Source of the DNA: Acanthaster planci
Taxonomy: Eukaryota
DNA: 64,000 nucleotides
Reading direction: 5' to 3'
NCBI RefSeq assembly: GCF_001949145.1
Contig: NW_019091361.1
Span: forward strand, 3,954,148 to 4,018,147
Under the pieces are notes generated by a model. It saw only the letters and a list, made by a program, of their open reading frames with translations. It was not told where the DNA came from and did not search any database. Positions 49,501 through 63,480 of the stretch are shown piece by piece (the first letter of the stretch is position 1; each line of letters begins with the position of its first letter). The position numbers and the translations under genes are program-made.

Positions 49501-52500
49501 GTAAGATTTTTGTTTAAACAATCAAAATATCAAATAGAAAAAGAAGTGGAGCAGGAGGATATCGGGAATAATCACACGCTGTAAACAAGCAATTAATTTT
49601 GATCAGCCTAATGATGTGTGGTACGGTATCATGTAATGGTTGTGGCACTCAAGGGTGGTGGTTGTCTACTTCTGTTACACCAGTCTGCCCCGCAACAGAA
49701 TGGAGAACCAGACCAGTCTGGTACAGAATGAATCTCAGACTTTATTGTGCATAAATCTACACACAAACAAGAAGACAAAGAAAAACATCCAGAGAAACCA
49801 AACTGTTGAGATTTTGACGTTTGATTGAATTAATGTCTTAAGGGAAAAGAAAAGAAAATTGGGATAAATTACATGTATGCCGCACCTAGAAGACTTCACC
49901 ACCTTCCTGGCCTTGCAGCATATGAGACATTGCATCTGTAGATTTGCAATGCTTAATAAAATGTACAATACTGCAACTTGGGAATTTAGTGTCGGTTACC
50001 GCAGTGTAAGGTACCGGTACATGTGTAGACATTACATTCCTTCTGAACGTGCACCCCCTGTAGGTGTTGAACCCACTTTCCTTCTTAAAATCCCACCAAA
50101 ACAAGCAAGTGCCCCTTTTAAACTTGGAGTTCACAAGACTCAAAACTCTGATAGTCCGATATTAAATTCTTTCTGTCAAGATTCTTACATTATTGGTCCT
50201 TTGCTTTAATCATTTTGCGGTGGACATGGCAGGTACAGTAAAGAAAAAAATTCTTGACATTTTGGGTGTTGAATGGGCTAGGTCTTAAGTGTAACATGAG
50301 AGGTGTCAACAAGAGTTCCTCATCCAGATGTGTGGCTGCCAAACAAATTCCACCTCGCCTGTCATTTTAGACCATACAGTGTGTGGAAAAAATGAAATTG
50401 TCTAAGGACAAGGTGCTTTTGGACGTACATGTATATGTGTAAGGTCACAATACTGGCCAACTTTCATGATGCAAAAAATGAACTTTAATTTATCAGATGA
50501 TGTAACCATTTTCAAGCTGTGTGTCCCATTTTTGTTAGCCAGTATTGTGTCCTTACACATATATGCATTGCAGTTTCTAAGGTTTTTGTTGTAGGAGCAG
50601 TTCCCCTGGATGTTAAACTCAAGTTTTGTTTGTTAATGTTAATTGGGCAAGGAGCACTGAAAAGGTCAAGTGAACTTTGTTTTTCCCCCCAGGTTTGTAC
50701 TTTTCTTTGTTTCTGCGGTACATGTTCATGTATATATTCTAGGTTTTCTATCACTGCTGTGTCCTCTCTCTTTGATCACAGTAAAGGACACATAACCGGT
50801 ATGCACGTGTACATGTACATAAATACAGTACTTTGGACTAGAGTGCTAAATGTGTAGGAGTGTACCGGTACATGTAAATTTGTTTTTAGTCGCCAAATCA
50901 ACACAAAAACTTGCCAGAGTGTAATTACTGGATCTGTTTGAGCTGTGTACATTGACTGTTTGTTGTGTACCCCAGACATGTTAGAAAAAGAACACTGCAT
51001 ACATGTAAATGTACCGGTACATGTGAAATACATGTACATGCACCGGTACATGTGAAATACATGTACATACTGTTCGAAGTGTACAAATTTACTTGTACAG
51101 TACACGCTTGATCTACACTGTACATGTACACATGTACATGCACATGGAGGTACTGTACATGTACTGTATGAGTCTACAGTATCCCTAAAATGTAGCTTAC
51201 ATTTTGAAAAAGATTTGGCAAAATATTATTCACAAATAAGGATCCTGCGAGGAAAGAATTTGTTTTCAGTTCTAAATAAGCTTGTGAAAATAAAGTATTA
51301 ATCAGGAGCCCTGAATTTACAAAAATTCCTCCCAAACCATCTTTAAAACCAAACTTTTATCACAAGTACAGAACAGTTCCCTTTTCTCTAGACTATGCAT
51401 GTACACCTGTATTTGAGGAACAGTTGAAAAACACTGTCTTTCTTCCACAACTCAGCAATTTGATTTATCTAAAAAGTATTTGCTGGCATTATGTAATTTC
51501 TTTGCTTAGAAAAATGTTTGGACCAGCCATTGATCCATGGACAAAATGAGTTTCCTACCGGGTACCTTTTTTCATAATGCAGTATTCCTGAGCCATTTTT
51601 TAGGGCAAGTCCACAATTTTCACTCGCGCCATGTCCTGTCAAACAGACGTACATGTACTCTTGAACACATTCACGGATACCATTTCCTTTACCTTCTGTG
51701 TTTGGGCTTTTGGATGGATAGTACATGTACATGTACATGCGCTATTCACGTGTGGGTTATTCCAGAAATTAGGGTTTTTTTTCGTGCCTCTGTCACATAT
51801 GACCTATGATTTTGTAAGTTCAGAACACATTTTATAATTTCCAGATGTGATGAACTAATGCAAATTAGGCTGCCAAACAGATAGTAACAGTTTAAAATTA
51901 ATTCCTGTGATATTTCCATGTCAAATAAGAAAGGTCAGACGTAACAGTAACACCAAAATGTCACACTTTTGGACCCCTAGTTTCTGGAATTACCCATATG
52001 TCCAACGCACAGCATCTACAATGTACATGTACAGACATTGCGTACACAGTCATGACAGTGTGGCAACCAAGCAATAAAATTTTAAAGTCAAGTGTGTTTT
52101 GGGGTATGTGCAGTTGCTAGGTGACATTACAGTAGACTGGAGCCACACTTTTGCTTTGATTGAGGTCAGAACTGGTACATGTGTAATTGCTAATGCATAG
52201 CATTGTTAACATGAGCAATAGGAAAGAAACGTACATGTACATATGTACCGATACCATGATGTTTAAGTACACTATTGCACTGGTACACAGTCATCATGGG
52301 ACATGTACAGTAGAATCTACACTGTATCGTACAGTTCTTCCCGTACTGTGTAGGCCTACATGTACATGTATAAGTAAAAATGTAAAGTTTTTATTTTTCA
52401 ATGTTGTACTGTTTATATTTTGTGGCTCTTTGTACAGTAATTTTAAAAACTGTATTCCTGTGACTCATTTTGTTAATAGGGCACTTACAGTCCCTGTGCT

Positions 52501-53375
52501 TTTTCTGTCAGTTGATAGAAATTCAGAACACTTTGTTGGTTGTGTGTAAATCTTGAAACCTTGACTTAATGCCCCACTAGAGGTGGTTAACTCCCTCAAA
52601 GAATTCCTCAATTGATGATAATTGCATCACGCCCTTAACTTCCCCTGAGCTTCCAAATGTCAACAAAGCCTCTGCCCACATTTCATCCACTTAAGTCCGT
52701 GCATCAATCAAGTTTCCTCCTCCCCTCCTTCCTTCAAGTCGCCAAGTTTGGCCCCGCAGAAAATGTGATTGAGGAAGGGGAAACGAAATAAGAAAATGTT
52801 GTCCTAGCAACGGATTCATGTTTGCCATTCTCGTTACCTCTATTTGGTAAAGTGTTCTGGTAATGGGAGAAGCTGCTTGCTAAATATTTGAGGAGAGCGT
52901 GCCAAGTGAGAGGCAGGGTGATTGCTAGGAGGTTTTTCTCTCACAGCCTTGCGTGGATGGACCGTCATCAAGTGCAAGTCGTTCTTGGTTTATGGTATAC
53001 ATGTGTGCGATGTGTTACAGCTCTATTGCCTAACGTCAAGGAAGTTAGATTTGCATGAATGATTTACATGTACGTGGTGGTGCTGACAGTCTTCCTGTAG
53101 CGTTGAGATGGCTGCTGTGTTCAAGAGGGAAGGTGAATCAATTAAAGAAACAGAGGCTTGAGGTACAGTTCATGAAATGTCAAAAGACTGTGTGTGCAAA
53201 CCTGCACATGTAAGCAGAATTGCCTGATAATTGATGTGTATTGAATCTGTTTCAACGTACATGTAGCATCATCAGTTACGATTAAAAAAACCCTGATGTC
53301 ATGGTAACTGTACCATGTACATGTACCGCTAATTGGCATACTGGTATTTTCAGTACACTTGTTGTGTGAGTCCTT

Positions 53376-53623
53376 GGGCCAATTTCATAGAGCTGCTTAA
53401 GCACAAAATTTGCTTAAGCGCGAAAAAACCTTACTTGATAAATCAGGTAACCAGCCAAAATTCCATGTGATGTACATGTATAGTGTTTTGGGACCGTATT
53501 TAGCTGTCTTTTGGTTAGCATGACAGTCAGATAGAATTGAGCTGGTAACTTTTGTTTATTTAGCAAAGATTTTTTTACCCCTTAAGCAAATTTTGTTTTT
53601 AAGCAGCTCTATGAAATTGGCCC
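53376..53623. mobile_element. PIF/Harbinger-like MITE
   Basis: TIR GGGCCAATTTCATAGAGCTGCTTAA / TTAAGCAGCTCTATGAAATTGGCCC; 3-bp TSD CTT on both sides. Confidence 0.9.
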
Positions 53624-55957
53624 CTTGTACCGCTGCACTGTGAGGGTTAATCTTGTCTGGTGCCTGTATGAATTCAGGAGGAACCCCAAGGAGTTCTCCT
53701 TCTGGTTTCCTGACTGACCCTAAATTTTAAGCACAACTCTAAAATCTTTATTGGCAAGTAAAAAAATAAATAAAAATACATACCGGTACATGTTAATCCT
53801 ATTGTCTTTCTGTCTTTGTGAAATGTTTTTCCCAACAACTCATGTACAGTACAGTACATGTACATGTACAAGTACATGTGTCTAGAATAAACATTGGGGA
53901 AGGGGAGGGGCTTTAAGTTGGCCCTGAACCCCACACCATTAGGGTTTGTACTTTGTGTGGAATGCTATGGCGTGTTAACAGAGTAGACTGTTTCGTAATG
54001 CACATACTCAGGACTGCCCAACCAGCAGGAGTTTTGACTTGCAGGTGCTGGCATTTGAGAGTGTACGGGTACTGGTGCTCTCAATCAGACAGGAGTGTAC
54101 TCCTACATGGGGTTATTTCAACTTTTCAAGATGGCAGAAAGTTCAATGTTTTCTGTTTGTGTGATGTACCGGTAATCTGGGAATACTACTGGGAATTCAG
54201 CTCTTTGTCCTTTTACCGTACACTTGTTCCCCTAAAACCCCATTTTAAAAAAATTGTTTATTGTGCTCCAGGCTTGACAGTTGCGAGCATTGCTCAGGGA
54301 TGATTCATGATATTGTTGGCTGAAAAGGGTTTACATGCACAGCATCACGTGCATGTACCCTACATGAGAGCAACATCCAACATCACCATGAAATTATGTG
54401 TTGGGAATATTAAACCATCATACCAATATCAAGGAGAGGGTTGTTTTGCCTTGGTACCAGTACATGTACGATGAAAAGTCTCAGCTGTAGTCAAGAGCAG
54501 TATTTTTAATCTGATTTAAAAAAAAAAAATTGCAGAGCAGAGTTGAAACTTGTCCTAACTTGACTCCACCTTGAGTTACCCATTCCTACCGTAGTTTGTC
54601 TGTTGTAAAATTTGAACACTCTATATAAATTCGTTTATGCCACTGTTGGCACTGTTTCTTGAGACAAATGTCTCTTCAAAAATATAAGTTTTTTACACAT
54701 GATACAGTTACATGTACCTCATTCAAGTGGTCCCAAGCATGCCCTCTCACTGAAACAACATTTTTGCTTGTTCTTCCCCGAAGAAAAGGTACAGCAGATA
54801 CTGTTCTGTAAGATTGCATTGATTGTGCTGCGGTTTCGACCACAAACAAAATTGTTTTGTTGGAAACATTGCTCTGCAGAAAGTTCTCTTCTGGAAATGC
54901 TTGTACTCGATCATGCACATTGTTTGTGAACTGTGTACTCCACAAATTTACAAGTACAGCATGTACATGCATCTACATGTACATGTACATATACATGTAC
55001 AGTATGTGTAGAGGTTTTCCACTCACATGATCTTTGATGGTCAGCATTCAATATACATGTACATGTACATGTACACAGAGGTGCGCTGAAATGTGCACTC
55101 CCTCAAAGTCCTCAGCATTCTGGCATACATATGAAATGCCGACTGAAAGATGCAGATTCGAAAATGCATGTGCTGCTGCAGACTTGGAATGCTGTACATG
55201 TACATGCAGAACTGCCTTTGGCGGTCCAGTGACATCACACGAAAAACCTCTGTATGTACCGGTACAATACATGTAATAATGTATTATTTCTATCAAACTG
55301 ACATTGACTAAGAACCCTGTATGCGCAAGTACAAGATCAGCATCCGGGCCGTAATGGAAAACTTTTAATTTTTAATCTTGCTTTTGTGATGCTGGTGATT
55401 GGTTCTGTGACTTGGCATGCAATGTCAAGTGGCCAGTGATGAAGATATACGTGTACGGTATTGTGCATTATGCATACATGTAAGCAGACGAGCAATTTTT
55501 AAACCACTTGGGTAAAAATTAATGGACATTTAATGTCTCTTCCATCTGTTTGCACAAGTACAATGTCAACAGAGAGATCACTGTGGTGCTTGTTGTATAT
55601 TCTGTAGAGATACCAGACTACATGTAATTTTAATTGGTGCACCTGAACATGTCCACAGCAATACAGTACACCGGTCTGATGAATATTGTGTTTTCCAGTG
55701 CAGTGGTAGTGCATTCAGTTAGATAAATTAATGACCATTTTCTGGATATTACCGGTTATGGGGAGATACCCTTTTTGTACATCTAAAATACACGTTTTGA
55801 GTATTAACAAGACAAAAGTAGCAATGGAAGGTATTTATTTTTTAGATGAAGGACCATTTTCATGGCATTTTCATGGGGGGGGGGCGGCATGGAGTTGAAT
55901 GATAGCTGGACAAGGTTGCTATAAGAATTAAAAGTGTTCAGTTTCCCATTTCCTTGG

Positions 55958-56223
55958 GTACGTGTACCGGTGCTACCAGTAGTAGTCAAGACTTTTAGCC
56001 AATACTGAGTGATTATCTGTACAATGTACGTGTACCGGTGCTAGTAGTCAAGACTTTTAGGCAATATTGAGTGATTATCTATACAATGTACATGTACCGG
56101 TGCTAGTAGTCAAGACTTTTAGCCAATATTGAGTGATTATCTGTACAATGTACGTGTACCGGTGCTAGTAGTCAAGACTTTTAGCCAATATTGAGTGATT
56201 ATCTGTACAATGTACATGTACCG
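55958..56223. repeat. 62-bp minisatellite, about 4.3 copies
   Basis: TAGTAGTCAAGACTTTTAG... units start at 55980, 56042, 56104 and 56166. Confidence 0.95.
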
Positions 56224-57699
56224 TACGGTACATGTACATGCACACGGAATCTTCACGTTCACAGTTCAAGTGCATGCAGAGTACAGGATGCATGGTATCT
56301 GACCAGATCTTATTTTGTGTATATTTCGTATCCCATGAGATAAACGGTAGTACTGTACGTGTAGTGTGTTTGTAGTGTATAGTGACTGTCTGCATGTTCC
56401 GTACTCCGGGTACAGTGCAATGTGCTCTGGGGACCGTTGAAATGCCTGTGGGATTCAGAATAGTTGGTGTTCATACATTGTATGTGTGCATGCGTGCATG
56501 TGTTCGTGTATCCCCACCACTGTCCTTCAGTGGTGGAGTAGCCTCAAACCACAGCAACCTCACATCACTGTGGCCGATAGCGTCATTTCCAGTTTCTAAG
56601 CATGTTACTGGGCTTGCATAGCCTTGGCCATGCATCAATTTCCTTATTTTCACAAGCCCACCAGTGACAGGCTGCCCACTCCAGATGGTAATAAAGTTTC
56701 CGGCACAGGCCCACCTCAGCCCAGGATGATGTGGGCATCCCATGCGTGGGCATCCCATCAACACCACTTCAGTATCTACAGGAACAAGAAAGACACTGGC
56801 ACTAGCGGATGACATCTGCACCCTTGACGAAATGCTTGTCAGTCTGTTGACCAATTGGTTCCATTGCTGGTGCAATATTTATGGGGACTTTGGTCTCTGG
56901 CGTTTCAGCATGTGGATATATATACAATTATTGTTTCCACTCCAAGGACCCATCTGTTCCTGAATTTAAAATTTAACAATTATTGCTACGGTGCATTGTT
57001 GGAGAACACGGTAATTCAACCCTTGGATGAGCGGTAGCAGGCAGGTGGTGTGTAAAGTACGGTAATGTCCATATGCCTGTTCTGTTACAATAATTAACAC
57101 ACAAAAGAATGACAATTTTCTTCCTGTATGTTCAGTATTGTCACTGTTAATTTTAGCGATTTCATTGGACTTTTACGCTTTGCATATTACGCAAAGATTT
57201 TGGAGCAGAAAGAAAATGTTAGCCATGAGAAGGGTTTAATGCTGAAGAAAGGGGGAGAGCCGCGTGCGTATTGTACCGTACCAGTATATGTGCAGATGTG
57301 AAAGATAAAATTCATGTACACATGTGTGGAAACAAATCCAAGGTTCCTTGAAATGCCAACACTTTCATCATTTGAAATGTTTAAATCCTCTTTCTTATGG
57401 GAATCTGGCGATAACACCCCCAAGTGCAGGAACAGTGCGTGTACATGTTGACATAAGTCTGAGGAAAATATGCCCCTCTGACTCAGATTTGTCATCTGAA
57501 ACAAGAGCTTTAGGCAAATAATCCTGTCAATTTTCTTTTGGGGGGGGTGGAAGAGGGGAGATTTACACATACATGTACTGTACCTGCCCAGCCTGAAGAT
57601 GCAATCAGCAGTTCCTAGACGGGGTTCTATAAACTAGGCAACAAATAATAACCACGTGCATGCCCTACGCTCTTCTGCAGTGCATGGGATAGACATGCT

Positions 57700-57713
57700 G
57701 TTGCCATAGCAAC
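57700..57713. promoter_or_regulatory. RFX X-box motif
   Basis: GTTGCCATAGCAAC, matching the GTNRCC-N-RGYAAC consensus; related sites at 52113, 52798 and 58829. Confidence 0.5.
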
Positions 57714-58304
57714 CCTCATCAGTTCGGGTTTTCTTTTTGTGTAGAGAATCGGGAACATGACAGAGAGAGAGAGAGGACGGTTCTGCCTTGATGCAGTCTG
57801 ACTCAAACTGGCAGGATATAAGACATGGTCATTATTGTTGCCTTTTTTTCTTTTTACGACTTAGTACTTGTAGCCTCGACAACTTACTGGAGGGAAGTTT
57901 TTCTGAGCATGTGTACCAGTGTTATGCTATCAGTTCACTGTGGCATTATCAAAGATATGTAGATTTTTTTTTTTTGGTTGTGCATATGGATGTCTTAGAA
58001 ATGTTTTGCCTTGTAATCCCACTCAGCGCAATAGACAACGTCGCACCTGTAAGCTGGCACAGGGCCGTTTGGAACTAAAGATCCACTCCCGCAGACAAGG
58101 ATATCTTTTGTTCTCTTTATGTGCCTGTCCTCAGTGGTGCATGTAGGTAGATATGGTATGTGTGAGTACTGGCACAGTAATACCTGTATGGGTATCAATA
58201 CGAGTGCTCATCTCTTTGTCTTCAGCTGCAGCCTTGCAGGCTTTACAATACATGTACCTGTACATGTGCCTCATGATGTCGTAAAGTGGAAGTGGATATA
58301 TATC

Positions 58305-58362
58305 TTAACCCTAACACTCCTCAGTCCTCCAACAGGTGAAGGATTGAGGAGGGTTAGGGTTA
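58305..58362. mobile_element. About 57-bp piggyBac-like mini-element, hairpin
   Basis: TAACCCTAACACTCCTCAGTCCTCCA pairs with TGAAGGATTGAGGAGGGTTAGGGTTA; TTAA at the left end. Confidence 0.6.
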
Positions 58363-61180
58363 CCAAAACAGGAAATTGATTTTGAACTCAACTTCTGTAG
58401 TTAAGGATTTATACCCATCCGTGTACAGTTATTGCTTTTGTACCGTATGTTTACATGTACATGTACACACATGTATTTGTACATGTATGTGGTCTGAGTT
58501 CTAAATGTACATGTAATTCAAATTTTCAGTCCACGTATGCATGTACATGTATGTGTAATGCAGCTGTGTGCGTGATGTAGAATGCCATCTTTTTATACCG
58601 GTACGTGTACGTACAAGAACGTGCCAATTGACAATGACACTGGTAACTTCAATTCTAATGTAATGAATCAGTGCTTTTTGCCACTGTACCGGTACCTGCT
58701 GTTTTTGGGGGGAAGGTACATGTGCATGTGTATACACCTGCAATGTACTGGTATAGCCCATGTTTGATGTGCATGTGTATGCCCCATGGCCAGTACTTAC
58801 ATGTACATGTAAAACCCAACTGTATATGGTGACCATGGTAACGCTGTCACTGCAGCAGCAGTCCCTCTTACAGCTAGCTTTGTACTGTGGTAACAATTGT
58901 ATGGAGCCACAATAGCTCTTCAGTGGCAAGTGCTCCATACAAATCCCAACATAATGCTTTTGCCACAAAAAGGGCAATTGAGTATACACATGTACATGTA
59001 CTTGCACGTTAGGTACAGTACTGTACCGGTATGCCGTTTACGTTAATGGATTTGTACATGTACAAGTAGGTCTCTAATTTATCCCACACGCAATTTACAA
59101 GTCCAGATTATGAAGTACCGTACATGAACTAGTAAGAAGATACCAGTATCTTGTAGATGCAAGTGTACAATGTACATGTACAATGTACATGTACATACAT
59201 CGTACATGTACGCGTTAGCTGTCTGGACAGGGTTGAAAGAAAAAGAAGGTTGGGTAGGAAAGCACTACAGGGCCTGTGGGTTTTGGCACACCAGGCAGGT
59301 GTTGTGCAGACATTGTTAAACAAAAATTGGCTGTAACATGAACTCACATTTTACACCAGCAATTTTCTACCTCTTTAACAATGTAACATTCACTGAGCAC
59401 CTTTGCCGTGAGTCACTAGTGTACCTGAAAGCCTGAGCAAGAACTGTGAGTTCATGTTTTAGAGCCAGAGAAACTTTTTCGTGTGCAGAAAAATGAGTTT
59501 CTACACCGATGAAGCATTTAATTACCAACCTCCATGTGTAAATGCCATGCAGTTTGCCAATGCCTCAAGTTCGCAGTCGACTATTGCCCTGCATGTACTG
59601 GTATGTTGGTTATTTTGGATTTCAGTATTTCATTTTGCCCGTAATGTTCATAAAGCTACATGTATCTTTGTCGAGCAAGAGCTTTAATGACAAACTTTTT
59701 TTTTCCGGTTTTCCCCCGAGAAAGATATCCTGTTACTGCTGGATCAGAACCTCACACCCTTCTAACTTTTGCTGATAAGGAAAAAAGAAATTCTCATAAT
59801 TCTTCAGCTGGGACCAACCAACAACCCTTGTGGTTATTATTTTTAGTGAAGGTTCATTCATTTGTTGACATTTATTCTGAACTCTCCAATAAACCAATAA
59901 AAAGTTGAGTAATATAAAGTACATGTTCAGTGCAGTGAAACTTAAGTACAGTGCATGTCACATAGAGAAAAACACAAAGGAAAGCACATGTACATGTACG
60001 GTACCATTACCACCAGTAACAATATAGTACATGTACATTAAAGCTAAACAAAGTACCGGTAATACTGCATATATAATGGGAGAGTATGCAAGGCGTTCAC
60101 GTCAGCCAAGGCTTGTAAGTGGAACAGCCTGGACAAACCAGACAGGGTAATCACAAGGTGCCTCTTAGCCACACAAGTACATGTACACACAAGTACATGT
60201 ACATGTACAGTACTTGTACCAGCTTTGCCATGTTTGCTGGCATTATGAGTTAGCTGGTCCTAATGATGTAACACAGCTTCCTTGGATACATCATCCTGAT
60301 CATGGAGGAAGGAAACAATGGGCACACAGGAGCATAGTAAACGGTAGAGGCAGTGACAGATCTGTCTTTATGTACATGTACCACTTTGTTGGCAACTCCG
60401 TGAAGTTCAGTTAATGCTATACAGAGAGAGTAAATTGGCCTCAATTATCCATCATACACATCCAGTCCTCTGCCTCATGGAAATTAGTTCCCCATGCTGT
60501 TTTCTGTTACATGTATATCCTTTCTCCCTATGATCAGTGGCTGAATCAGAAATACAAGGGAACATTGTTGGGAGCCATGGCCCTGTGTGTTTCATTGTAC
60601 GCCTGCATTTTAATGAACCATTGTAATGATGATCAGTACTGTTTTTTTTTTCATCCACACCTCATTATCTCAGCCACTCATTCTTGATCCTGATCAAAGC
60701 CCCTTCCTCAAGACCAGCAATTATGCAGTTGAGTGAGCACAGCAGCAGTGTAGCACCACCATGGCGTACTGAGAAGCTTACCATGTGGCAGGGTACAAAT
60801 CATTCATATTGATTAGATTGTTAGTGAATGCAATTCTGACAATCCATTATAGCCAGTGCATTGGACCATAGTGTAATATAGACAGGCAACGGCTGATAAA
60901 CACGAAAACTTAACTCAGTACCGAACATGTGCACGTACATGTGCACAGTGGATATACAGTATGCTGTTGAGCCGTCAAGAACGCAAGATTTGTAGAATCA
61001 AACTACTGTATAATACAACCATGTTGTTCTGACCATGCATGGCTGTTCTAACACTGTGGTACTGTGATGATTTACATGTATCATGATTGATGGTACATGT
61101 ACAGTACATGTACACGTATGTAAGTACAGGAAGAAAAGTATTTTCATGAACGGTAAAATCACTGCACCCACTGGTGTATT

Positions 61181-61294
61181 TACATACATGTACATGTATA
61201 TCGGTACATACATGTACATGTATATCGGTACATACATGTACATGTATATCGGTACATACATGTACATGTACATGTGTATCGGTACATACATGTA
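61181..61294. repeat. 24-bp tandem repeat built from TACATG units
   Basis: TACATACATGTACATGTATATCGG at 61181, 61205, 61229 and 61253 (last copy 6 bp longer), then a partial copy. Confidence 0.93.
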
Positions 61295-63480
61295 TTTGAG
61301 TGGAGTTAACAAACTGTCAAATTTAAAAATTTTTTGGGGGGTCATGTTGGTGGGGACCAGGGAGTTAAATTTACCAGGACGTAACCTGTATCAAATAGTA
61401 CATGGCGTGGTGTGTTCCCTTGGATGTACATGTTAAGCCTACGCTTTTTTAGTGTGCAAAGTATACTCTGGTAACAACATTTGTGATTTAAATTTCTCAA
61501 AGTGCATTACGTAATGGAATTAAACAGGCCTTACTGGAAGCTCTTTTAGCATGCGTCCTTCTGGACTCTCAATTTGCCACGTTTTTCTACGTGAATGACA
61601 TGCTCACTGATGTGTATTCGTTTTGCTGAGTATTTGATAATTATGGCCTTCAAATCTAACATGCTAAATAAGATAAGAAAATCCTTGCTGGGCTAACCTG
61701 ATACATGATTTTTATAAAAAGTCTTTGACGTACAGTATGGTGTACATGTACATGTATGTAAATTGATTGGAAGTGCCTTCACCACTTTAAAGTGTCAGCA
61801 GTGTTGATGGTGCTTTAATTAAAAATTATGACGAATGCAACTTTAAGCTCTGGCTATTTGCTTATTAATTAATTGCCAGTTTCTAGATGCTGGTGCATTT
61901 GAATTTATTGCAGAGAGCTCTGATTGTATGCCTTTTATAGTGCCATGGAGGCAGAACCACCTGTTTGCAGGATATGGTGCATACATGTATGTACACATGT
62001 ATGCGTTGATGCCCCAATTTGTCCAGATGGGATATCATCTTCAGGTTGCATACTAGATGTCGCTCTGCCTGCTCCATTTGGTCCTCCCGAGCCTGCAGCA
62101 GTCCTGAAGATCTGCCCTTGAGGCAGAGATCTGCCCACATCGTCTCGTCTGCGCATCTCAAGCAGAAAATGGCTGGGATGTTGTCCATCACAAGACACGG
62201 GCTGTCCCTTGTGGCCTACTTGCAATATATCCCTCTCCCCCACACAAGCCTCGCCTTCGGATCGCCGGCTTGTCCTCAGTTGGAGATGATGGTGGATTGG
62301 AAGGGGGGAGGGAGGTAGAAATAGCGCGAGAGCCTTCGTGCAGAGGGTTACAATTTCCTTGCAAGGTCTTGGTCATTACTGTCTCAATACATCCAGTTGT
62401 GTCATCAGGCAGTTTATTTTTAATGGCAGGTGCTTGTTGAAATAAATAGACTACTGCTTACATTGTCTGTGGCTATTGTACATGTACATGGGTACACTTG
62501 TGCACACGATATGTGTGCAGACTAGTACCAATATTGCTCTTGGACAAATGCATTTATTTCAAATATAGTAAACAATAAACAGAAATGGTTTCAAACAGTT
62601 CTGTTAAGTGTTGGAAGTGCCTGGAAAATTGCTTTCTATCCCGTGCTACATGTATGTAAATTTGAAGCATTTTTTTGGGAGAATTCAGAAGTATTGAAAA
62701 TGAAGTATGGAAACATTTTAAATTATAGGCAGGACATTGTGTCATTTTGTTGGTATTCTGGAATAGAAATTTACTTGGTCAGCTTTTTTGACTAATTGAC
62801 AGAAAGAGAAAAAGAGCAGATTCATACAGTGTACTGAATCAATGCACCAGCAGCCTTCTGTAATGAATGACCTGTGAATTATCAGTTTAAAAGTACAGTG
62901 CCTTGAAGTTGACAAATACTGTGCAGTGTTTTCAAACGAGCTTTGAACGGCTGGTACCGGTACAGTTCCGGTTTCTTACACAAAAGGCATCGTGGTTCAT
63001 TATGATGTACGTTTTAGAACAAATCTTGGCAGCAGTGCATGAAATCAGGCCCAACTACCGGTAGTTATCAGACGAAATGCATGAGCACAGTCATTTTTGT
63101 TTTGTCATTGTGAGCTTTTGATTGGACACCATGGTCCCTATCTAAGAACAAACACCCACAGTTGAGATGGTAAAAACTCCAACAGGATTTTGGCTTTTAT
63201 GTGGGACTTTAATCTTTACATTTCTTTCGGACGTTTTGTCTGACCACATTTGCTGCTTGGTCCTGTGGACAGCCACCAGAAGTGGTTGGAAAATGACCGA
63301 TGTCCAACTGTAATTTCATGCTCTAGTATTGAAAGGGTCTCCCTATTAATGCAAATCAGTATTCCAACTGAGGGTCATGCACGACCCATCACCCATTTAT
63401 GTTTTGGCCTTTATTTAAAACACTGTAGTCTCCTTGACTGTCACGCTCATGTCCTGTGTTTTATTTGTCTTTCCCTTCAG

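Noticed and set aside
55958..56223. CRISPR-like array
   Set aside because: Units are contiguous and near-identical with no unique spacers; eukaryotic context and no cas genes.
60998..61436. YMYMYVPI-repeat ORFs on both strands
   Set aside because: Translations of the TACATG-based tandem repeat; the same applies to most HVHV/TCTC/MYMY ORFs between 50 and 62 kb.
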